A stretch of DNA of 64,000 bases from Pseudomonadota bacterium (GTDB taxonomy: Bacteria > Myxococcota > JACRCW01 > JAFGSX01): NCBI GenBank assembly GCA_043821645.1, contig JBDRCO010000134.1:60170-124169 (forward strand), in the 5' to 3' direction. Position numbers and translations under genes: made by a program. The notes beneath the pieces were generated by a model. It was not told the DNA's origin and searched no databases. It saw only the letters and a program-made list of their open reading frames with translations. Shown here piece by piece: positions 1 to 8,860 of this stretch (positions are counted from its first letter, which is position 1; each line of letters opens with the position of its first letter).

Positions 1-1203
1 CACCGAGGCGAGCAGGGGACCACTGTCGGCGTCGCGCAGCGCTTGCGCCACGGCGTCGTCGTCCACGTCGCGCAGCGTGCACTCGTCGAGCACGGCCCCC
101 GCCACCAGGCCGCGACCATCCACTCCGTCGCTGCCTGCGGCGAGCATGCACCAGGGACGCTCGAGGTGGCGAAGCCTGGCGGCCACGGCCAGGGCCAGGT
201 GGCGTGCACGCCCCCCATGCCCCGGATGGGTGGGCAGCTCCACGGTGAATTCACCCGCCTGCACGCGCAGAAGATTCGCGGGCGCGCGCTGCGCCCAGCC
301 CACGAGATCCTCGACCAGGGCCTGGATCGATCCGGTCACCAGCGTGGCCTCGGCCTCGACGTGCAGCGCGTGCTCCCGGGCGCGCCGGGCGGCGCGATCA
401 CGGAGCAACGCGGGAGTTGCCAGGGCCATCCAGTGCACGTGGTCCAGCCGCGAATCCCCGGGCCTCGGGTTCTCTTCGAAGGCACCCCGCAGGCCGTTGT
501 GCAGGTGGGTGATCACCGGGCGGGGGACCTCCGCACCCAGATCCAGGGTCTCGATGGTCTCGACGGCGTCGCGGTAAGAGGTCGGGTCCCCGACCGCTGG
601 CCCGGACCCGACGTCGTGCGGTCCGCCGCCGACCACGTCGACAAGAGCCAGACAGAGCACCGGGCGCGGGCGCGCGGCGAGTGCCAGACGGCCACCCTGT
701 ATCTGCGACAGATGGCGTCGCACGGTGTTGATCTGCGTGATGTCAGCCCCTCGCCTGGCCAGCAGCTGCTGCGTTGCGACCAGGTCCGGCAGGCTGAGGC
801 CATCGACGGGATCACACCAGGCGGCACTGGCGCCCCCGGACAGCGCGATCAGCACGGGGGTATCATCAGGAGTTTGCGCCAGCACCCGGCGGGCATGGCG
901 CGCAGCGGTGACACTGCCGGGGGTGGGCAGGGGATGGCCGACCTCGAGCACGACGCAGCCTGTCGGGGCCGGTGCCGTCGCCGACGGGGTGTACACGGCG
1001 CTTCCGTACACTACCTCGGCAACGAGGTTCACCAGGCCTCGAGCCATGGGCAGGGCGGCCTTGCCCACCGCGAGCAGAAGTGGGGTACGGCCCTGGCAAT
1101 GCGCGTGGACGGCCCCAAAATGGGGCGGCAGCAAGGAAGCGGGTTCGACGTCTGCCACGGCCTCGCGGTAGATGTGGCTGAGGATTCGCGGCATGCTGCC
1201 CAT
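1..1203 (-). CDS. Glycerate 2-kinase (DUF4147/MOFRL family), 3' end runs off window
   Basis: Not in the ORF track (no stop in window). Manual translation from ATG 1203 (alt 1194) gives LAVGKAALPMA, EVGHPLPTPGS, LSGGASA, INTVRRHLSQIQGGRLA, DVGSGP, GHGGRARHLAL, AAGSDGVDG, typical of MOFRL-type glycerate kinases. Confidence 0.88.
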   Translation of the reverse strand, partial: MGSMPRILSHIYREAVADVEPASLLPPHFGAVHAHCQGRTPLLLAVGKAALPMARGLVNLVAEVVYGSAVYTPSATAPAPTGCVVLEVGHPLPTPGSVTAARHARRVLAQTPDDTPVLIALSGGASAAWCDPVDGLSLPDLVATQQLLARRGADITQINTVRRHLSQIQGGRLALAARPRPVLCLALVDVVGGGPHDVGSGPAVGDPTSYRDAVETIETLDLGAEVPRPVITHLHNGLRGAFEENPRPGDSRLDHVHWMALATPALLRDRAARRAREHALHVEAEATLVTGSIQALVEDLVGWAQRAPANLLRVQAGEFTVELPTHPGHGGRARHLALAVAARLRHLERPWCMLAAGSDGVDGRGLVAGAVLDECTLRDVDDDAVAQALRDADSGPLLASV

Positions 1204-1312
1204 GAAGCGACGATACCTTGATATTTCGTCGAGGGAACGGTTAGCATCGCAGACGAAAGCCAGCACCATCCCGGACCACCCACCGGCGGGCCGGCAACGC
1301 GGAGGATGGAAG

Positions 1313-1909
1313 ATGCCGAGCGACAAGCGCCACCGTCGGTCCACCTACGTGATCGACAGGCGGTTCCAGTTCAAGTACACGGCGATCATCGTCCTGATCG
1401 GAGCCGTGATCGCGCTGGTCAGCGCGTACTTCATCTACCAGGCCTGGAGGGAGAACACCGAACTGCTGGCCATCAGCCAGGTCATTGCGGGCGAGATCAA
1501 TCGCCGCGAGAGCACCAAGGTGTTCTGGGCCGTGGGTATCTTCGTGGTGCTCGAGGTGGTGGGGCTCTTCTTGTGGGGCATCCTGGTGACCCACCGCATC
1601 GCCGGGCCGCTGTACATCATCGATCGCTACCTGGGTGCGCTCCGCTCCGGCATCTACCCGGACATGCGGCCGCTGCGCCGCCACGACGAACTGCAACAGT
1701 TCTTCGAGAGCTTCTCCTCGACCGTCGATGCTTTTCGCGAACGCGATCAGAAGGAACTCGAGATCGTCGAGCAGGTCTTGACCCAGCTGCCTGCCGGCGA
1801 GCTCAAGGAGGCGCTGCAGCAGGTGCGAGATCGCAAGAAGGCCTCGCTGCATCAGGCCGACGATCCTGCGCCCGCGGCCACCGCTCCCGCCCCTTCCACC
1901 GCCAGCTGA
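1313..1909 (+). CDS. Two-TM HAMP-domain membrane protein
   Basis: GGAGG at 1301-1305 before ATG 1313; RRSTYVIDRRFQFKY, two hydrophobic helices, then THRIAGPLY...LRRHDELQ HAMP-like motif. Confidence 0.75.
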   Translation: MPSDKRHRRSTYVIDRRFQFKYTAIIVLIGAVIALVSAYFIYQAWRENTELLAISQVIAGEINRRESTKVFWAVGIFVVLEVVGLFLWGILVTHRIAGPLYIIDRYLGALRSGIYPDMRPLRRHDELQQFFESFSSTVDAFRERDQKELEIVEQVLTQLPAGELKEALQQVRDRKKASLHQADDPAPAATAPAPSTAS

Positions 1910-2096
1910 CCCTCCGCATCCGGTCACCGCTTCCTCAACAGCCAGCGCAGACGCTGCTTGCGTCCACTTCTCCCGTCGCCACTGTGGCTCGCTGACACGC
2001 CTCTCGCGGCGGCACGACAGGTATCTTCGCCTGAGGCCGCGCCTCCCATCCCAGCAGGCACAGAGGTTGTCTACCGGCGATAGGTCGTGGGCTGGG

Positions 2097-3128
2097 CTAC
2101 TTGCGCAGGATCTTGAGGACGGCGTCGAGGATGTTTCGCAGTCGCTCGTTGTCGGTGCGGGAGCGCAGACGGACGATCTTGGGAACGGCCTTCGAGGCTC
2201 CTGCGTCGGCTAGGGCAAGTGCCGCGGCTCCCTGGATAAAGGGATCCGGGTCGTCCAGCAGTTCCTCGAGGGTCGCGCTGCCGAGGAGACCGCCGGTCAC
2301 TCCGAGCAGGCGGATTGCGCGCGCCCGGTCAGCGCGCGTTTCCCCCTGGCGCGCCTCGTCGACAAGATCGTCGAGGTCGAGCAGGTTCTTCATGCTGGTG
2401 ATGGAGGTGCGGAGTTCGTGCCGGACCGACTCTTCCTCGCCAGCGCGGTCATAGGCGTCCGCCAGAGCATCCACCACATCCTCGGCCGGGAAGCCCGCGA
2501 GCAAGCGGGCCGCGCTCGCTCGAACCTCGGCGTCCTCGGACTGCAGGGCAGGCAGCAACGCGCTCCGTGCCCGCTCGGCCGGGATCGCCGCCAGGACCTT
2601 CTCCACCTCGGCACGACGGCGGGGATCCGGTAGCACCTCGATCAGGACCTGTATCGCCTCGTCGTCACCACGAGCTGCGAGCTGCTTGATGCGAATGAAG
2701 GCGAGCGTCTGCTCGCGCTCACGACCCTCGATCAGGTGCAGGCGGAAGGCCGCCACCACGCCTTCACCCTGGACCTCGCCCAGCGCCTTTTCGGAGAGCG
2801 ATTGCACCAGGGAATCCGCGTCGCCCAGGGCCTGGAACAGGGGCCCCACCACCTTCTTGCCACCGATGAAACCCAGGGCGCTCGCCGAGGCGCCGCGCAC
2901 AGCATAGGAATCATCGGCGCCCAGAGCTTCGATCAGCGGTTGGGTCGCACGCTCATCGCGCAGCCGCCCGAGCACGGCGGCCGCCTGTGTGCGCACGCGG
3001 AAGCTGTCCGAGTTCTGCAGCTTGTCGATGAGGAGGGGCACAGGATCGCTCTGAGCTCGCGCAGCCGGCACCAGCAGCGCCATCAGGACACAGGAGGTGA
3101 CTGTCCAGGCGCGCCAGCTGCGTTTCAC
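2097..3128 (-). CDS. Exported HEAT/PBS-lyase repeat protein
   Basis: GTG start with AGGAG; signal peptide ending ARA-Q; repeated VRxxAAxxLG helical hairpins. Confidence 0.8.
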   Translation of the reverse strand: MKRSWRAWTVTSCVLMALLVPAARAQSDPVPLLIDKLQNSDSFRVRTQAAAVLGRLRDERATQPLIEALGADDSYAVRGASASALGFIGGKKVVGPLFQALGDADSLVQSLSEKALGEVQGEGVVAAFRLHLIEGREREQTLAFIRIKQLAARGDDEAIQVLIEVLPDPRRRAEVEKVLAAIPAERARSALLPALQSEDAEVRASAARLLAGFPAEDVVDALADAYDRAGEEESVRHELRTSITSMKNLLDLDDLVDEARQGETRADRARAIRLLGVTGGLLGSATLEELLDDPDPFIQGAAALALADAGASKAVPKIVRLRSRTDNERLRNILDAVLKILRK

Positions 3129-3282
3129 GGCGTCGTCTCCTCTTCACTCACCATACATCATGGACAGGGATCCGCGCAAAAATCAGCCATGAGGTTGTTG
3201 GCTGGCACAGCGCGTGTGCTCGTCCAGGAACCCTGGCGAGGACCGAGGTCCCACCCTCTCCCGGGTCCCTGGGGGGCGGAGG

Positions 3283-4683
3283 CTAGCGGAAGAACAGGAA
3301 GGTGATGAGCACGAAGGTGGGGATCAGGATGGCCCCGGACCAGGCCATGTAGCCGAAGAAGCTGGGGGTCTTGAGGCCGACCTCGTCGCTGATGGCCTTG
3401 ACCATGAAGTTGGGACCGTTGCCGATGTAGGTGTTGGCCCCCATGAACACAGCTCCGACCGAGATCGCGGCCAGGATGTCCTCGCCCGAGGGTTTGCCCT
3501 CACTTCCGGGGAAGGCAATGAGGGTATGCAGGTTCATGGCATCGGTACCGAGGTAGCCCGAGGCGACAGAGGTGAAGGTGAGGTAGGTCGGGGCGTTGTC
3601 CAGGAACGACGACAGCATGCCCGTGGCCCAGAAGAAGTGCCACGGTCTGTGCAAGGGGAGATCGGGGCCCTTGGCCTCGAGGATGAGCAGGGCCGGAACC
3701 ATGGCCACGAAGATCCCGACGAAGAGCACGGCCACCTCGGTGATGGCGTGGAACGAGAACTGGTTGTCCGCGCGAGGCTTCTTGGGGCCCGCAAAGTAGG
3801 ACAGGAGTCCCAGCCCGACCATGCCGAGCTCGCGCAGGGGTATCCCGATGTGGTTGTCCGGTGCGCGCAGGATCCCGGGGAGGAAGAGCACGCAGAGGAT
3901 CACGCCGCCAAGAAGCAGAAAATTGACCGCGCCGCTCACGCGCAGTGGTACGACGTGGGTCGCGTCGTAGCGGATGTCCTCGGGGTTCTCCTTCTTGTAC
4001 GCGCGGCTGTCGATGACGAAGAAGATCGTGAGCACGATCAGTAACCCGACAGCCCATTCGAGCCAGAGCTTGAAGGTCCAGGCGAAGGGCACGCCCCGCA
4101 GGAATCCCAGGAACAGCGGAGGGTCACCCAGGGGTGTGAGCATGCCGCCCATGTTGGCCACGGTGAAGATGAAGAAGATCGGGATGTGTCGCGTGTTCTT
4201 GCGCTCAGAGTTGGTGCGCAGCAGGGGGCGGATCAGCAGCATGGCTGCGCCGGTGGTGCCAATGAAGCTGGCCAGCACCGAGCCCAGCGACAGGAAGAGC
4301 AGGTTGTTGCGCGGTGTGGCCTTGATGTCGCCCTTGAGGAAAATCCCGCCCGAGATCACGAACAGGGACCCGAGCAGGATGATGAAGTCCATGTACTCGA
4401 ACAGCGAGTGCACCAGGGCGTGCCAGTTGGTCGTCAGCAGGTAGATGGCCATGGGCACGCCGAACAGTGCCGCCACGATGCCCTTGTTGCGGTTGTGCTC
4501 CCACCAGTGCGGGATCACCAGGGGCAGCACGGCGATGCACAGCAGCAGTCCGGCAAAGGGCAGCACCAGCAGCGGGGACATGTGTGCCCCCGCGTGGCCC
4601 TCGCTGGCCAGGGCAGAACCGGGCCAGAGCGTGACCATGGCGCAGGCAAGCAGGGACAGCGCATGCAGCGGGCGGAACCTCAT
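3283..4683 (-). CDS. Putative sodium:proton antiporter / citrate-transporter-like (IT superfamily) membrane protein
   Basis: GAGGAG before ATG 4683; multiple TM helices; motifs IGTTGAAMLLIRP, ANMGGMLTPLGDPPLFLG, LSSFLDNAPTYL, GANTYIGNGPNFMV. Confidence 0.8.
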   Translation of the reverse strand: MRFRPLHALSLLACAMVTLWPGSALASEGHAGAHMSPLLVLPFAGLLLCIAVLPLVIPHWWEHNRNKGIVAALFGVPMAIYLLTTNWHALVHSLFEYMDFIILLGSLFVISGGIFLKGDIKATPRNNLLFLSLGSVLASFIGTTGAAMLLIRPLLRTNSERKNTRHIPIFFIFTVANMGGMLTPLGDPPLFLGFLRGVPFAWTFKLWLEWAVGLLIVLTIFFVIDSRAYKKENPEDIRYDATHVVPLRVSGAVNFLLLGGVILCVLFLPGILRAPDNHIGIPLRELGMVGLGLLSYFAGPKKPRADNQFSFHAITEVAVLFVGIFVAMVPALLILEAKGPDLPLHRPWHFFWATGMLSSFLDNAPTYLTFTSVASGYLGTDAMNLHTLIAFPGSEGKPSGEDILAAISVGAVFMGANTYIGNGPNFMVKAISDEVGLKTPSFFGYMAWSGAILIPTFVLITFLFFR

Positions 4684-4896
4684 GCTCGTCTCCTCGTGGC
4701 GATGCGGTGGACGCAGGTGACGCATCTGCTGGTTTTCATATCGTGCTACGCGAGACCCGGCAGCGCAGCGAGCCATTCCTATCCCGAGGCGGGTGCTTGA
4801 GCCGACCCGGCCTCCATGTCATCCTGTCGCGCATCCTAGAAGGGAGCGCGCAGCGAGGAAAGCTCTTTGCGACGCGCGTTCTGCTGGAGGCTCGCC

Positions 4897-5349
4897 GTGA
4901 AGGCATTCCATCGTATCCTGGCCTGCACCGACTTCTCGACACCTGGCAACGCGGCCATCGAGGCGGCGATCGGGCTGTGCAAGGACAGCGGGACCACACT
5001 GATCCTGGTGCATGTTCTCGACGCGCCGCCGCCGGTCAATCCCATGTATGCGCACTACTACACGACGGGGGCGCTCGATCCGGCCCAGCGCGCCCAAGCC
5101 GAGGCCGAGGCCACCAAGGCCCTGCTCGACATGGTGCCGCAGGCGCTGCGGAGCCTCGGAGTCCAGGTCGAGGTGCGCATCGGGCACGGTCTCCCCGTCG
5201 ACGAGATCCAGCGCCTCGCCGATGCCGAGAAAGCGGACATGCTGGTGGTCGGCACCCAGGGCCACACGGGGCTGGCCGCGCTGATCCTGGGCAGCGTGGT
5301 GGACCGCATCGTGCGCCTGGCCAAGTGTCCGGTGCTGGTGGTGCGCTGA
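4897..5349 (+). CDS. Universal stress protein (UspA family)
   Basis: GGAGG then GTG 4897; ILACTDFS, ADMLVVGTQG...LGSVVDRIVRLAKCPVLVVR. Confidence 0.92.
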   Translation: MKAFHRILACTDFSTPGNAAIEAAIGLCKDSGTTLILVHVLDAPPPVNPMYAHYYTTGALDPAQRAQAEAEATKALLDMVPQALRSLGVQVEVRIGHGLPVDEIQRLADAEKADMLVVGTQGHTGLAALILGSVVDRIVRLAKCPVLVVR

Positions 5350-5368
5350 AGATCCTGCCGTACGCGAA

Positions 5369-6898
5369 CTAGACGAAGATGTAGGCACCCTCGAGCGCGT
5401 TGTCGGGCTTGTTGACCTCGTTGGTGCCATCGAACTCGTGGCGACTGCCCCAGGCGTCGGTGAAGGTCTCGCCGTCGACGGTGTCCACGTACACGGCGTG
5501 TCCGTTGCCAAAGGCCACGACGCCGCTCTGGCCCTCGATGTCGTCGACGTCAATGCGCTTCACCTGGTCCTGCAAGCCCAGGTAGTGCGGGACCTCGGCG
5601 GTGTTCTCGCCATTGGCCAGGGAGCGAAGCGCCTCGGCGTAGGTCTGCGATCCCTCGTGTCCCAGCTCCTGCGCCCGCTTGGCCATGACCGCGTAGCACA
5701 GGGTGGCGTAGGAGCGCGCCTCGGGGCTATCGCCCTGGTAGTGGGCGCCGGTGGCCGCGGCCTCCAGCTCCTCGCGGCTCACCGCGACCTCCGAGCCGTC
5801 CTGCAGGGTCACCCGGTAGCCGCCGTCGTCGGTGCGCTCGGCGTCCTTGAAAACGTCGCTGCCGTAGCGATCCATCGCGGCCTTGATGACCGCCGTCGAG
5901 GCGCAGTTGCCTCTATCGGTCTGGCGCACGCCCTCGAACAGGTCGGCGTCGTCGAAACCCTGCCCGCTCTCGAGCACGCGCTGCAGGGCCTGGTCATCGC
6001 TCTGGGTCCACTGTCGCCCGGTCTCGGGGGTGGGGCTGTACTGGATGTTGCGGATGTCCTGCATGGCGATGTGGCCGTCCCGGCGATCACCCCGCCCCAC
6101 GTCGAGAGCGTTGAACAGGTTGTCGTTGTCGAGGATGGCCTGGGCGGTATCGCGCAGTTCCTGTGGTGCGCTGTCGTCGGCCGCGACGATCTCGAGATCA
6201 CGGCGGCTGATGATGCCGTCGGTCTTGCCGTCCTTGGCCGCGTCCACGAGATCGAAGTTTGCCTGGCGGCCCAGCACGTCGGCGACCTCATCCAGGGTGG
6301 GGCCACCCGGGCTGGCTGCTTGTTCCGAGATCACGCGGTCGAGGTCCTTTTTGCTGAACACCCGGTCGACGCGCGGCCCGCCCGCGACATCCAGCGCGTT
6401 CAGGGCATTGGGGTCGGCCAGAAACTGCTGCGCAGCGGCGCGCAGGGACCAGGACGCGCTCGGGTCCGCGGCCACGGCCTGCAGGTCGGCCAGACCGAAC
6501 GTGCCGTCGCGGCTGCCACCGGCGGCGGTGTCCAGACGATCCAGGTTGTCCCGCAAGATCTTGGCAGCGCGGCCGAGGTCCATGGTGGGCGTGCCGTCGT
6601 AGCCTGGCGGCGTGCTCGTGGTCGGGCTGGCGCTGGTGTTACTCAGGCCGCGTCGCAGGCTGTTCCGGCGCAGACGCGTGGGCGGCGGAGGTTCGCTCGC
6701 CTGGTCCTGGGCAAAGGAGCGCACGATCTGCGCGCTATGCCCCGGGGCGGGTCTGGTATCGAGCTTGTCGCGGTGCAGGGTACTGGCGAGGGTGCTTTGA
6801 ACTCGGCTCGGCGCTGGCCGGATCGAGGGTGACCCGGGGCTGGTGGCAATGCGCTGGGCCCTCGGCTGACTTTTCGAGCTGACCTTGTGGATGCTCAT
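5369..6898 (-). CDS. Effector-like protein: S/P-rich N-terminus, four EF-hand-like D-x5-DG repeats, C-terminal papain-like Cys/His domain
   Basis: Repeats LDTAAGGSRDGTFGLADL, LDVAGGPRVDRVFSKKDL, VDAAKDGKTDGIISRRDL, LDVGRGDRRDGHIAMQDI; C-terminal QTDRGNCASTAVIKA ... GHAVYV ... DAWG. Confidence 0.55.
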   Translation of the reverse strand: MSIHKVSSKSQPRAQRIATSPGSPSIRPAPSRVQSTLASTLHRDKLDTRPAPGHSAQIVRSFAQDQASEPPPPTRLRRNSLRRGLSNTSASPTTSTPPGYDGTPTMDLGRAAKILRDNLDRLDTAAGGSRDGTFGLADLQAVAADPSASWSLRAAAQQFLADPNALNALDVAGGPRVDRVFSKKDLDRVISEQAASPGGPTLDEVADVLGRQANFDLVDAAKDGKTDGIISRRDLEIVAADDSAPQELRDTAQAILDNDNLFNALDVGRGDRRDGHIAMQDIRNIQYSPTPETGRQWTQSDDQALQRVLESGQGFDDADLFEGVRQTDRGNCASTAVIKAAMDRYGSDVFKDAERTDDGGYRVTLQDGSEVAVSREELEAAATGAHYQGDSPEARSYATLCYAVMAKRAQELGHEGSQTYAEALRSLANGENTAEVPHYLGLQDQVKRIDVDDIEGQSGVVAFGNGHAVYVDTVDGETFTDAWGSRHEFDGTNEVNKPDNALEGAYIFV

Positions 6899-6951
6899 GG
6901 TGTCGTTCCTGCCAGGTGCCCATCTGTGTATGACATCAACCGACAGGTGGG

Positions 6952-6959
6952 ATATCGGC
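6952..6959 (-). promoter_or_regulatory. Possible sigma28 (FliA)-type -10 element GCCGATAT
   Basis: 7/8 match to GCCGATAA about 55 nt upstream of the 6898 start; no canonically spaced -35. Confidence 0.3.
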
Positions 6960-7122
6960 GTCAGAGGGGCTAAGGTCTCGAAAAAAAACGAGGACTCGGT
7001 CGGATGACCGATGCTTCAGAGCCGTCGCGGCAGCCCGGTGACGCGGCCGACCATCAGACAGTTATTCAATGAATACGGGTGGCTGAGAGGTCAATCCGAC
7101 TGGAAAGTGCTGGAGTGGGCGA

Positions 7123-8583
7123 TCAGGTGCTCGCCGGGGCCCGGTGGCCGCGACCTCGGCGGCGGCGCGGGCGGCGAGTCTCGCCGGTGGCAGCGGGTGA
7201 GCTCGAGGCCGAACCTGTCTCGGCCCGGGGCCGCGGGTTGCCGGTGGCCCGCTGTGGGCTGCGAGGATCAAAGCGCGGCTTGGCAGCTGGCCGTGGCCAC
7301 TGGGTTCCCTGTCCCGCCCTGCCGGTGCGCAGCGGCGTGCCCTGGCCCCGGCGATCTGCCTTGGCCGCTGAGCGTGCGCGCTCCTCGGCACGCCGGGCGC
7401 GAATTGCGGCGATGCACTCGCCGATGGGGATCTCGAGGCGCCAGCTCGAGCGTGCGTTGTAGTCAAAGCCGTCGATACGGCGCCGCTGCAGGCTCTTGCC
7501 TACCGCGCGCTCGATGGCTGCCAGCTCGCTGGCCTCGTCGGGCGAGGCGAGGGTCAGGGCATCGCCGGTGGAGCTGGCGCGCGCGGTGCGCCCCACCCGG
7601 TGGATGTAGTCGTCGGCCTGCACGGGCACGTCGAAGTTGACCACGAAGGGCAGCGCCTCGACGTCGATGCCGCGGGCCGCGATATCGGTGGCGACCAGCA
7701 CACGCAGATTGCCGCTCTTGAAGCTGGCCAGCACGGCCTCGCGCTGAGGCTGGCTGCGGTTGCCGTGGATGCGCTCGCAGGGCACTCCGGCACCCACCAG
7801 GAACTCGGCCAGACGGTTGGCGCGGTGCTTGGTCCGGGTGAACACCAGGGCGGTGCCGACCTCGTCCCGGCGCAGCAGCTCGAGCAGCAGCGCGGGCTTG
7901 AGCTGCTCGGGCACGGGGAGCACGGTCTGGCGCACACCGGTCGCCGGCGCGGAGCGGCGCTCGACGTCGATGCGCACGGGATCGTGCAGCAATTCGCGAC
8001 TGAGGCTGACGATGGGCGCGGGCAGGGTGGCGGAGAACAGCAGGTTCTGGCGCTGTGCGGGCAAGGCCCTGAGGATGCGCTTGACGTCGGGCAAGAATCC
8101 CATGTCGAGCATGCGGTCGGCCTCGTCCAGCACCAGCACTTCGACGCCATCGAGGCGGCACCAGGGCTGCTGCATGTGGTCGAGAAGCCGCCCCGGGGTG
8201 GCCACCACAACGTTGACTCCGGCGCGCAGGGCACGCTCCTGGGGGCCAGGCTTGACGCCACCGAACACCGCCGCCGAGGTGACCTGGGTATGGCGGCCCA
8301 GGGCGTTCAGGTGCTCCTCGACCTGGGCTGCGAGCTCGCGGGTGGGGGTCAGGATCAGGGCGCGGGTGCCCTGGCCCGGCTGACGGTGCAGACGCTGCAA
8401 GATGGGCAGCGCGAAGGCTGCGGTCTTGCCGCTTCCGGTCATGGCGCAGGCGAGCACATCGCGACCGGCCAGGCCTGGGGGCAGGGCCTTGTCCTGGATG
8501 GGGGTGGGCTCGGTGAAGCCGAGGTCCTCGATGGCCTGCATCAAGACGGGGTCGAGGGAGAGATCTGAAAAACGTTGAGACAC
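7123..8583 (-). CDS. rhlE: ATP-dependent DEAD-box RNA helicase, RhlE-like
   Basis: Q motif PTPIQ, AMTGSGKT, PTRELA, DEAD, SAT, HGNRSQ, ARGID, YIHRVGRTARA; basic C-tail. Likely start GTG 8583 (VSQRFSDLSL). Confidence 0.9.
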   Translation of the reverse strand: MSQRFSDLSLDPVLMQAIEDLGFTEPTPIQDKALPPGLAGRDVLACAMTGSGKTAAFALPILQRLHRQPGQGTRALILTPTRELAAQVEEHLNALGRHTQVTSAAVFGGVKPGPQERALRAGVNVVVATPGRLLDHMQQPWCRLDGVEVLVLDEADRMLDMGFLPDVKRILRALPAQRQNLLFSATLPAPIVSLSRELLHDPVRIDVERRSAPATGVRQTVLPVPEQLKPALLLELLRRDEVGTALVFTRTKHRANRLAEFLVGAGVPCERIHGNRSQPQREAVLASFKSGNLRVLVATDIAARGIDVEALPFVVNFDVPVQADDYIHRVGRTARASSTGDALTLASPDEASELAAIERAVGKSLQRRRIDGFDYNARSSWRLEIPIGECIAAIRARRAEERARSAAKADRRGQGTPLRTGRAGQGTQWPRPAAKPRFDPRSPQRATGNPRPRAETGSASSSPAATGETRRPRRRRGRGHRAPAST

Positions 8584-8860
8584 TGTACAAATCCTTGGAG
8601 CACGCGCCTTCACGAGGCGAAGTGCCCGAGCTGAGTTCCGGCTGATTGGAGGAACGGGAGACTTGCCGGGGAGGCTGCCGTCCGGGCCCAATGGACCCTG
8701 CATCTGATCCAGACGCGACACCAAGATGAAGGGTGTCTGTCCAGACCGTGGCGCACTTCGTGCACATCGCACCGCGCCTGTCGAGCCATATATCGCCCGG
8801 GCGGCGCCGCGCAGCTCCACGCCAGGGGGTCTCGAGATCTCGTCGGGCGCGCGACGGGGT

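Noticed and set aside
43-1221. 392-aa plus-strand ORF, and other long shadow ORFs (23103..25085, 30277..31878, 32260..33990, 42380..43951, 54542..56623)
   Set aside because: They are antisense to genes with clear family motifs, which is typical of high-GC codon bias, and they have no recognisable domains.
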